DNA of 64,000 bases from Macrostomum lignano. Its lineage: Eukaryota. Each line of letters starts with the position of its first letter. Position 1 is the first letter of the stretch. The stretch is taken from the NCBI GenBank assembly GCA_002269645.1, contig NIVC01003567.1:26928-90927 (forward strand), given 5' to 3'. Below are positions 48,201 through 59,600 of this stretch, one piece after another. A program made the position numbers and the translations under genes. A model generated the notes under the pieces. That model searched no databases and was not told the origin of the DNA. It was given only the letters and a program-made list of their open reading frames with translations.

Positions 48201-51200
48201 GCCAGAGTAGACGGCCCACTTGTACAGGATGAGGATCACCAGGTAGCCGAACATGCCCAGCAGGAACAGGACCTGCGGCACGAACTCGCCAACAACTGAC
48301 AGCATGTCCCGGCGGTGCAGATGGTTAGTGAGGCTGACAAACACGCCAAACAGCATGTGGATGACGCCCAGCACCACGGAGGTCTTCATCTTGATGCTGT
48401 TGGTGAAGGTGATCTTGTTGCCGGACACCTGCCACACCGGGTCCAGGCCGAACGGGTAGGGGTTGGCCCGCCAGGCCTTCGCCTGGGCGTCGTTGGGGTT
48501 CAGCTGGAGCGACTCGATGCCGCGGACCTGAGTTCGAATCTGGTCGGGCGTCAGGGACTGGTTGAACTGGCCGCGTACGCTCCAGCCGGAGCCGAAGATG
48601 TTCACCGACCTGCATGGCCGATGGGGATAAATGAGAGAATTTGTCCCTGCACGATCTCCATCTCAGAAATCCGAAGATCATAAACAGCATTGATGCGAGT
48701 TTGCTTAGACAAGCTTTTTAAATTACTAAACTCGACCCAATTTCACCTCTTGAATCCCAAATCCCAAATATTTGATATAGTATGACAAATCTCAAATCCT
48801 AGAGTCAAACGCTGTTATCGGAGATCTCGAATCCCAAATCCGACATCCCAAATCCCAAATCCGACATCCCAGATCCCAAATCCGACCTTGATTCCAAATC
48901 CGAAATTAGAGATCCCAAATCCGAAATCCTAGAGCCCAAACCCAAAATCCTAGATCCCAAATCCGACATCCCAGATCCCAAATCTGACATCCCAGATCCC
49001 AAGTCCGACATCCGAGATCCCAAATCTGAAATCCCAGATCCCAAATTCAAAACCCCAGATCCCAAGTCCAAATCCCAGATCCCAAGTTCAAAATCCCAGT
49101 GCAGATCCGAAATCCAAAATCCCAGTGCAGATCCCAAATCCGAAATCCCAGATCCCAAATCCGAAATCCCAGACTCCAAATCTGAAATCCCAGATTCCAG
49201 ATCCCAGATCCCGAACACAAAAAACGGACACAGTTCAGGTGCGCAGAATACTACTAGAACCCGGTGGGTGGGCCTCACCTGGAGAAGCAGTCATTATAAA
49301 TAAGCCCGGTGTAGATGGAGAAGGCCCCCATCATGAGTATGATGTAGCGGCCATTAAAAAACGTGGCCCAGATCTCGGACAGCTTGGCAGTAGGCGCCAG
49401 CTGCTTCTCCCGCAGCACCATCCACAGCGCAGCCAGGAACATCAGCGTGCCGTGCCCGAAGTCGCCGTACATCACGGCGAACAGGAACGGGAAGGTCACG
49501 ATGGCGAAGGGCGAGGGGTTCGCCTCGCGGTAGGACGCCACGCCGTACGCGTCGATGATGCTCTGGAAGCCGGAGGTCAGCTTGTTGACCCGGAAGTAGG
49601 TTGGGGGCATCTCCCTGCGGGGGGGGGTTCAAGAGCTGTAAGTTTGGCGAGCTCAGGATGCGGTTCACAATCTGTGAATGATGGAGTTTAGGATGCAGTT
49701 CACAATTTGTGAATGATGCAGTTCACAATCTGTGAATGATGCAGTTCACAATTTGTGAATGATGCAGTTCACAATCTGTGAATGATGGAGTTCACAATCT
49801 GTGAATGATGGAGTTCACAATTTGTGAATGATGGAGTTTAGGATGCAGTTCACAATTTGTGAATGATGCAGTTCACAATCTGTGAATGATGGAGTTCACA
49901 ATCTGTGAATGATGGAGTTCACAATCTGTGAATGATGGAGTTCACAATCTGTGAATGATGGAGTTCACAATCTGTGAATGATGGAGTTCACAATCTGTGA
50001 ATGATGGAGTTCACAATCTGTGAATGATGGAGTTCACAATCTGTGAATGATGGAGTTCACAATCTGTGAATGATGGAGTTCACAATCTGTGAATGATGGA
50101 GTTCACAATCTGTGAATGATGGAGTTCAGGATGCAGTTTACATTCAGTGAATTGGACAAGTCAGTGAAGCAGCGCCTAACCTGGTGGACATCCGGTTGAG
50201 AATAGGAGGAATCGAACTCCCGGCCCTCTCGGTGCCACGCCTCAGCGCCAAGTGAATCTTGTCCAGATCGTCAACAGCGCACCAGGCCTCGGCGATAAGG
50301 CACTTGTTGGTGGCCTCAACATTGAACATGTTCAGTGTGTGGTAGATGGCTTTGATCTTGCCGACCTTGATGAACCACAGGCGGAGGTTCTTGGCCGCGG
50401 CCATGAGCACTCGCATCCGATGGTCCACCGTGGTGTTGAGCACGGTGTTGAGGTCCTCGATCCGCGTCATCACGCTGATGGCCATCTCGCGCCGCTCCGC
50501 CTGGCTGTCCGGGCACGGGTACAGCGTGGCCCGGAATCCTTCGCAGATCTTCTTCACCCGAGTCTTCAGTTGCTCGCCCTGGAAGAAGATGATAAACACC
50601 GACTTGAGCACCTTGTCGCCGGTGGCCGGGTCCTCCAGGGCCGTGTCGATCTCCGCCTGCTTGAGGAAGACGTTGCCCCGGCAAACTCGCCACAGCATCC
50701 GCTCGAATGCCGGCAGGCGCTCACGAAGAATGACGCCGGCCACCGATCTGGGTGGGGGAGGGGGCGGCGGGACTCAAACTTCGAGCTGGTTGCTATGGCA
50801 GCGTTGTTAAGGTGTTTAGGCAAATTTTAGAGTTCGTTGTGAATTTACTACAGGATTTTCATCTAATGGTAGTAATTGGTTGTTAAGGGAAATCTAAATG
50901 CTAGACATTAGTTGCTAAGGGAAATCCAAATGCTAGCTAATCGTTGCTAAGGGAAATCCCAATGCTAGACATTAGTTGCTAAGGGAAATCCAAATGCTAG
51001 ATAATCGTTGCTAAGGGAAATGTGCTTGCTAGATAATGGTTGCTAAGGGAAATCCCAATGCTAGATAATGGTTGCTAACGGAAATCCCAATGTCAAATGA
51101 TGGTTGCTAAGGGAAATTCAATATGGTTGCTAAGGGCAGTTTTTTATGGTTGCTAACGAAAATCCCAATGTCAAATGATGGTTGCTAAGGGAAATTCAAT

Positions 51201-54200
51201 ATGGTTGCTAAGGGTAGGTAGGTATAAAAAAGAATATTTAGATTGCTAAATTTCTGCACAAAAGTAAAAACAGTCTCAATAGAGCTTTGCCCAGCAAAGT
51301 GAAATAAAGATGTGCACACCGAGCACTGCAGAGGTTAAAATGAGAGGTGCGAGCCCAACGCAAACGAATAAAATATTCCTGCTGTAAAATCGTGTAAAAA
51401 TGCACAGACAGGCACTGACACAGCACACACAGGCACTGACACTGCACACACACGGGCACTGACACTGCACACACAGGCACTGACACTGCACACACAGGCA
51501 CTGACACTGCACACACTGACACTGCACACACAGGCACTGACACTGCACACACTGACACTGCACACACAGGCACTGACACTGCACACACAGGCACTGACAC
51601 TGCACACACAGGCACTGACACTCCACACACAGGCACTGCACACACAGGCACTGACATTGCACACACAGGCACTGCACACACAGGCACTGACACTGCACAC
51701 AGACGCACTGACACTGCACACAGACGCACTGACACTGCACACAGACGCACTGACACTGCACACAGGCACTGACACTGCACACAGGCACTGACACTGCACA
51801 CAGACGCACTGACACTGCACACAGGCACTGACACTGCACACAGACGCACTGACACTGCACACAGGCACTGACACTGCACACAGACGCACTGACACTGCAC
51901 ACAGGCACTGACACTGCACACAGGCACTGACACTGCACACAGGCACTGACACTGCACACAGACGCACTGGTACCAGGGATAAAAGTCAGCACAGCTGAGG
52001 ATCACAAATCAAAGTCATTATGGATCAGCAAAAGCCACATCAAAGATTCCCCAAGCAGTCAGTTGCAGGTCTCACTCAAACTGCAAATGCTTTAATCCGC
52101 CGATGTCGCTGCCACCATTATTACTACTATCGCCGCCATCCACAGCAGTAGTATCTGAGGCAGTTCTTGTGGCGTCGCCATCGCCTCGGAGGCTGACCAG
52201 CTGCAGCTGGGAGCCGCCCTGCGCCATGCCCGCAGCTGGGTCCTCTGCGCTGGGCAGGCCTTCAGTCTTGTTGAAAGCATTTTTTGTTTTTAGAAAACGG
52301 TTACAACATCCTCACCACACTACCTAGTGAAGTATTTATAGTTTTATCATAGCTTAAACTCACAACGGTTTTAAGTTGATTGCCTTAAGAATTTGATTTT
52401 TTCTACTTTATAAAGTTTCTAAAATAAAAAAAACTATTGTGTCAAGCTTTTTAAATCCCCCAACCCTCCCAATTACCCATTTTCCCAATCCACAAACTTC
52501 CCAATCCACAAACCACCCAATCCACAAACTTCCTAATCCACAAACCTCACAATTCACAATCTTCCCAATCTACAAGCTTCCCAATCCAAAATCTTCCCAA
52601 TCCAAAATCTTCCCAATCCACAATCTTCCCAATCCAAAATCTTCCCAATCCACAATCTTCCCAATCCAAAATCTTCCCAATCCAAAATCTTCCCAATCCA
52701 AAATCTTCCCAATCCACAACCTTCCCAATCCAAAATCTTCCCAATCCACAACCTTCCCAATCCAAAATCTTCCCAATCCAAAATCTTCCCAATCCACAAT
52801 CTTCCCAATCCACAATCTTCCCTTTTTAATTACTTCGATTCCTCAACCTGAAATCCGCAGCCGCGGCCGCAGCACTCAACAGAAAATGGATTGACAATAA
52901 ATTTATGCAAAAGAGTGTAGGACAACACTGAAACTGAAAAACTAGAATTCTAATAATGCAACACCAATAATAGAATATTCAAAAGTACATCGTCTACTAC
53001 TCTCAAGACGAACTAAAAGGAAATTGAGGTACACGTAGACAACATTTAAATATTTAATATATTGCATTTTCTATAAACGTATGAGTGATGCGAGGTTGCC
53101 ATAGCAACAAAGCCAGGCACTCACTGCAGTCGAAGGCCAGCTGCCTGACCGCCAGCCATCATGCCCTCCTCGGTCATGAGGCCGACTGCCTCTTCGGTCA
53201 TGTGCTGGTCGTGCAACGCCTTCGAGTATGTGATGTTTTGACCAGGGTTACTTTTTTGGTAGCTGTTTTTGAAGCTTACTACTTACAGTAGGTGAAAAGA
53301 GAATTAAAAACACGAAAAACTATTTTTAGGACTATTAGAAGATACTATACTTGTCTTTCATGTATAAGGATTTCCTTGGGTCAGGCATCTGTGCTCATGG
53401 TAGGAAATCGCACATGCCCCAGTCAGGAATGTGTGCTCATGTGAGGGAATCGCACATGCCCCAGTCAGGAATGTGTGCTCATGTGAGGGAATCGCACATG
53501 CCCCAGTCAGGAATGTGTGCTCATGTGAGGGAATCGCACATGCCCCAGTCAGGAATGTGTGCTCATGTGAGGGAATCGCACATGCCCCAGTCAGGAATGT
53601 GTGCTCATGTGAGGGAATCGCACATGCCCCAGTCAGGAATGTGTGCTCATGTGAGGGAATCGCACATGCCCCAGTCAGGAATGTGTGCTCATGTGAGGGA
53701 ATCGCACATGCCCCAGTCAGGAATGTGTGCTCATGTGAGGGAATCGCACATGCCCCAGTCAGGAATGTGTGCTCATGTGAGGGAATCGCACATGCCCCAG
53801 TCAGGAATGTGTGCTCATGTGAGGGAATCGCACATGCCCCAGTCAGGAATGTGGGCTCATGTGAGGGAATCGCACATGCCCCAGTCAGGAATGTGTGCTC
53901 ATGTGAGGGAATCGCACATGCCCCAGTAAGGCAGAGTGCAGAGCAACTGGGAATTATTCCACCCGTTTCCAGATGTACTTTTGCAAATAGCCACACCGCT
54001 ACCGCCCGCTCACCTCTTCAAAGAAGGTCTGCGTCTTGCGCAGGATGTGCTTCAGCTCGGTGAGTTCCAGGAAATTCTTCTTCAACGATTCGGCGTAGGC
54101 GTTCACCTCGCGAAGCTCGTTCTCCAGCTTCTCCAGGGTGGCCTCCAGATCGACCATCTCGCGCGGGTTCGGAGCCTCGGGGTTGTCGCCGGTGTCAAGG

Positions 54201-54436
54201 ATGGGGATGCCGTCTTTGCGGATCTCCTTCTCCAGGTAGCGCAGCTTCCGCTCCATCTCGTCGCAGCGGCGGATTTCGTTGACAAATTTCCTCTGGAAGG
54301 CGTTGGTGTCGGGCTTGAGGTCGCGGAACTGCACCAGGCCGAGCTCCCCCAGCTCCGACACGCAGGCGTAGGCAGCTTCAGCCTGCAGGAACAGTTGGCA
54401 GAGGGTCATCTCCTGACTGCGGAACAGGTCGCCCAT
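45278..54436 (-). CDS. ATP6V0A1: V-type proton ATPase V0 subunit a, ~863 aa with exon A; exons complement(54014-54436, [53125-53219 OR 52076-52266], 50181-50747, 49279-49614, 48167-48609, 47261-47613, 45278-45652)
   Basis: [92 protein letters not shown]. All phases agree. The symbol indicates the a1-like family, not a strict paralog call. Confidence 0.96.
45680..47250. repeat. Intronic minisatellite, 25-bp unit gtgtgacagtcatgctggtgacact
   Basis: Fills almost the whole intron. Confidence 0.97.
47700..48155. repeat. Intronic minisatellite, 24-bp unit aacaccctttaaccgcagatgtct and variants
   Basis: Tandem copies read directly. Confidence 0.92.
48780..49215. repeat. Intronic minisatellite cccagatcccaaatccgaaat-like
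   Basis: Tandem degenerate copies. Confidence 0.9.
49660..50140. repeat. Intronic minisatellite, 23-bp unit agttcacaatctgtgaatgatgg
   Basis: Tandem copies read directly. Confidence 0.96.
50870..51215. repeat. Intronic repeat array of ~11 gttgctaa(g/c)ggaaat units (X-box-like)
   Basis: Counted by eye. Confidence 0.88.
51400..51968. repeat. Intronic minisatellite gcactgacactgcacacacag
   Basis: Tandem copies; source of the Cys/Val-rich artefact ORFs. Confidence 0.96.
52450..52820. repeat. Intronic minisatellite, ~17-bp unit tcttcccaatccaaaa
   Basis: Lies between the two alternative exons. Confidence 0.94.
53095..53108. promoter_or_regulatory. Near-palindromic RFX X-box GTTGCCATAGCAAC, 16 bp beyond the donor of V-ATPase exon A
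   Basis: Full consensus match in non-coding DNA. Confidence 0.5.
53385..53925. repeat. Intronic minisatellite, 42-bp unit gtcaggaatgtgtgctcatgtgagggaatcgcacatgcccca
   Basis: About 13 near-identical copies. Confidence 0.97.
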
Positions 54437-56668
54437 GGTTGCTGGTCAAACTGTTTTTACAAGTTCTGATGCAAGTGGAACTGCTGGGAACCAAATCAGA
54501 AGTTATATTCAATTTGTATGTAGATTTCCCCTAAAAATCAATTCAGTTTTTAAAAAAGTTTAAATAAAAAATTTTAAGGACTTTCTTAATTATCTTGAAA
54601 GATTCTTATAAAAGTGAAAAACTGATTAAAAATGCCATTAAGGCAGTTTCTGTGAGTGCTGTACTTTGGTATACGATTTTTAATCTCACTATTAGAAGCA
54701 GTTACAATGCATTTTAATAAAATAATTTCATTATATTCTAGATATAATAAAAGCTCACAAAAGTTAGATACTGCACTGGTATAATTTTCAATATAGCAGA
54801 TAAATTTCAAAGGTAGACCCAATTCAATTTTCTGCTACAATTTTAAAATAAATAGATAACCTTTAAAATTAAATACTAATACTAATAAGTAGATCATAGA
54901 TATATCTTAGATCTATAACTTAAAATAAAACCATTACATTAATACTTGTTGAATTGGACCAAATGTAACAGAAGGATTTTAGAGACCTTCGAACCAAAAT
55001 TTGGCTCCTTGGATCACATCACACTATTTTATTAGCACTATAGCAAATTGTCAAAATGTCTAAAACTTTGATTTAACTCAAAAATATAAAAGTTTTGTGA
55101 TATTGATATATAAAGCTATAGAGTTATCTGTGAACCTATCTATAACTCAAAGGAATATATAAAAAGATTATAGATAGCAAGTGTCATGAATAAGTATCAT
55201 AGCTTCATGAAAATTGTACTTTAACTTTCACCAAACCATTAGAATAAGTGTCAAAATACACTTCCTTCAATTAGTCATTGATAACAGTGTTCAACTGACA
55301 AGAAATAAAAATTTTACCAGAAAAATATGTTTTCCAATGACCTCAAGTATGCTGAAATGCCAGAAAAACACTATTTACTAAAGCATATAAAGCATAAACC
55401 AGAAGCAGCTACAGTGATCCACAAAATTTTGCATTCGAAGAAAAAAATAAGATTTTATTAAAAATCTAAAATGTTTAATTTGCCTCATCGCGATAATTTT
55501 ACGTATACAAACAAAGTTTCGAAAGAATTATTTGTCGCGAAAACGCAAAGTCTAACGCGCAAGTATATAGTTTTTCTAAGGTTTTTATTGCAATCGATAC
55601 GTTTACATTTACTTTACAACTCTTAGTGGTTGATGTTGACGCTGCTTCAACAACGGCAGATTTAAATTGCGTAATGATGCAGGTTTTTTAGTTATTTTAT
55701 ATCGACGCTAAAAACGATATAGTTCGCAAATAATCTTGATTTTGTGTCTAAAAATAACCATCTTCATAAAAATTGCTTTTTGTGTTTGTTAGCCATCAAT
55801 AGAACAAAACTTCTATACAAACATTCTCAATGAATCATTCAATACGAGCCATACTTGAAAATTAAGATCATGAATAAGGAGCACTGTCGAAATATGTAAC
55901 AGTAGTTTAGTTGATTATATGTTGGTCTCGAACTCGAAACGGAAAATACTGTTCATTTTTTAATTAGTACATAAGTTTAATTTGATTTTAAAGTTCATAT
56001 TTACCGTGTCAACTTCAATTAGTTTGAGTTTAGTATTGCCTAACATTATTTAGCGAAATGGGCGACGCTCGCCTCCCCGCTGCGTCTTCGGACCGCCCTG
56101 CAGCTGCCTAACATTATTTCCAATTAATTCATGTTACATTTTAAGTTGTTACATGTTGCAATGCTTTATGTTAAAAATAGAATTTTAAGAACTCAGCATC
56201 AATTTTCAGGAGTTAAAAGCATTGGCCTTCAACCTTAGTAGAAATTATTTTTTAATATTATTCCTTGCCATCATTTTAACAGCAGCATTTATGCAAACTT
56301 GAGTTTAAAAATAGAAACTAAACTATGCCCTAATTCATAAAAAAGGAAAAGTAACTTTCGTAGAAATGAAATACAACCTTTTGGGTGCATGTATAGGCAT
56401 GCTTTTGATTCATATTATTTTTAATTGACTGAGGGTTAATGAAGTTATATTTCAAATATTTTTTCCTTATTTTAAGCGCTCTAATATTGGTAAAAAAATT
56501 TTTAATTATGGTGAAAAATCTCCCACATGGTATTTTAGGATTCGATTAGGCCGGTCAGAATTTTAATAACCTAAGTTGATTCATTCCCACAGAACCCAGA
56601 GCTGTTAGGTCACTGCAGCTCTATTTCTATTAAGCCACTGCACAGAGAGACCCAATAAGTCAGGCACA

Positions 56669-59600
56669 ATGGAAGTGGAGGTGGCTCATCCCTCCCAGCC
56701 TAACGCTAGCAGATTTGACGAGCCAGCAGCCGCCGCCATGTCGCTGCCGCAGCCGCCGGCGCCGCAGCAGCGGTCGGGCAACACGCGCAGCGGCCACACC
56801 AGCCTGCAGCAAAAGCGTCCAGCGCCCGTCGATGGCTCCAAAGTTCTGCGTAACGACGAAGTTTACCGCCAGCTGTTCGAGGCGCAGGTGCAGCTCACGG
56901 ATCAGCTGGCCGGCACCCGGTGGTGGCGCGAGAACAAGCCGGCCGTGAAGCAGGTGAAGTCCTCCCGGGACCTCAGCCTGCCGGTGGTCCGCAACGCCGC
57001 CCCAGCCACCAGCCGCGGCATGCTGGCCGGCCGTCAGGCCGATTGGACGCGCGCCTTGGAGAACGACGGCCGCACGGAGAACCCGGTTGTGGCCAGGCAG
57101 ACGGCGGAGTGGCTGGACCTGGTGTCGGCCGAGACCGAGTCCGGCCAGCACGCCACCGAGGTGGCCGACCTGCCCGATCAGGTGAGCTGAAACTTTCAAG
57201 CTGGCTGTAGGACACCGAAAACTTGAGCACCATCATGGATACGGAAGCAAAAGCCCCGGGCCGAACCCACTGAAATCGATAGTTTGTCGGGCCACTCGGC
57301 TAAAGAAAGGCCATAAAGACCAACAGCACTTGGCGTGACTCAAGACGCTAAGCAGTTGAATGGGAGTTTTAAATAAGCATTTTAATCTCGCCGAAGAGTC
57401 GTAATGCAGATCATTGAGTATTGCAAGTACTCTCGTGCATGTAGACAGTCGAGATTGGTGTTTCTGTCCGATCGGATGTCCGATGTCCGTGTGACTCTAC
57501 TATAAATTTTTTGTTTCATTCTATAGCCTTAAGTTGGTAGCCTATGGTCGTAGTCTAGAGGGGTTGTAGCCGAGTGTTTAGAGTGTCTGACTTAAACAAC
57601 TGAAAGGTCGAAGGTTCGATTCTCGACCCACTTGGAACAATTTGTGTCGTTGAGCAAGACACTTAACTCTGCATTGCATCAGTTCAGTTGTAATATGGGT
57701 GCCAGCATTAGCTGGGGGTAAGTGAGGGTGTGCATGTGTGGTGACTTCCAGGTCCTTCAACTGAACAGCCGTACGCATCCTTCAGATGCGCTGCGTAATA
57801 GCTGCGGCTGAGCTGTCGGTTGCACGTCTGCACATTAGGGCAGGTGTACTCAATCTCAAATTAGGGCAGGTTCACCCGCTCTGCTCTGAGGGATGTCGGA
57901 GAATTCATAATCGGTCTTCTTCAAACACCAACATCCCAGGTCCGACCGTCAAAACTGCGCTCCGACGTGATCGACCGGATCAAAGAGAAGCGACGCGAGC
58001 GACACAACCTCACACTGGAGGAGATGCACCAGGAGCTCTATCAGGTCGGCGTCTCCTTTGAGCCGCTGATTGTCCAGCGTTGCCAGAACCTACACGAGAC
58101 GCTGGCCAAGCTCGAGGAGGAGCTGGACCGTCGGCTGAGCCCGCTGGCGACCAACGAGTCACTGATGGCGCTGGACCAGCACCAGCTGCTCGGCCTGTGG
58201 CAGGGCGTCGCGGAGGTCTTCGCCGATAGACGCAACGCCATCGGCAGCCTCGACGAAGACCTGCTGGGTGAGCGGTGCCGGGTTTCAGAACTCATATCAT
58301 CTGCAGATTTTTCTACAAATGTCATCCAAACATCTCAGAACTTCCCATATCCTGGATGATTTATTTTGTTAAATGTACAATTTTATTGGAAGATTCGAGT
58401 CCCCACTTCTCCCCCGTGTAGAGTGTGGTGTTTCGGGAAATAAGTTCGCAATGAGCTGCACGTCTTTCCTGGAAATCTTTCATCTTATTTACATTTAGAT
58501 CGGCTGCTTAATTTCTAAGAAAACGCACTCGAAAGGCTTAATTTCATTAAAGTCATTAATTCTGGATGTTCTGTGTCTTGGAAATCTCATGCATCGCATA
58601 CTCATCGAAATAAGTGCATTCTGAAACCTCAATTTCCTGGGAAATATTTCGCGCGCGTTTTGAATGATTTTCAAGCCTCAAACCCCGCCCCCAGCCCTGG
58701 AGTCCGACCGGGTCACCGAGATCCGCCGGGTGTTCCACTCCTACAGCGAGGTCCTGGAACGCGTCAGCCACCTGGCGCCAGCCGAGCTGCACCGGATCGT
58801 GGACGACGAGGCTGTGCAGATGAACCAGACCCTGCTGGGCAACCAGCGCAGCTTCGCGGACCTCAACGCTCGATTGGTCATGTCCGAGCTGGACAGAGAG
58901 CGCCGGATGCGCGCCCAGTGGCAGGACAAAATTACCGAGTGGCGCGCCGGACACGTGGAGGTCGCCGTGGCCGGATTTCATCAGTTCGTTCAGAGCCCGC
59001 AGGTAAGATTCAATTAGCTCCTATTGGTGCCTTATCTTGCCGATCAAATGACGATCAATGCCGAGCTAGCAATTTTTAGAATCGTGATTACAAGTGCATG
59101 TGTTTTTTTTCTATTTTTTCAAGCCTTTGATGTGCCACCACAATCCACCTCGAATGCTTTGATATGCCGCCACGAACATCTCCAATCCTTTTATATGCCG
59201 CCACGAACATCTCAAATCCTTTTATATGCCGCCATGAACGCCTCAAATCTTTTGATGTGCCGCCTCGATCCACCTCAAATCATTTGATATTTCGCCTCGA
59301 TCCACCTCGAATCCTTTGATGTGCCGTCTCGATCCACCTCGAATCCTTTGGTGTGCCGCCTCGATCCACCTCGAATCCTTTTGTGTGCCGCCTCGATCCA
59401 CCTCGAATCCTTTGATGTGCCGCCTCGATCCACCTCGAATACTTTGATGTGCCGCCTCGATCCACCTCGAATGCTTTGGTGTGCCGCCTCGATCCACCTC
59501 GAATACTTTGATGTGCCGCCTCGATCCACCTCGAATACTTTGATGTGCCGCCTCGATCCACCTCGAATCCTTTGGTGTGCCGCCTCGATCCACCTCGAAT

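Noticed and set aside
50252-50830. Antisense ORFs overlapping GC-rich exons (also 5358-6026, 25349-26038, 47243-47668, 49125-49691, 53936-54469, 56660-57199)
   Set aside because: Expected shadow ORFs of GC3-rich coding sequence; no recognisable domains.
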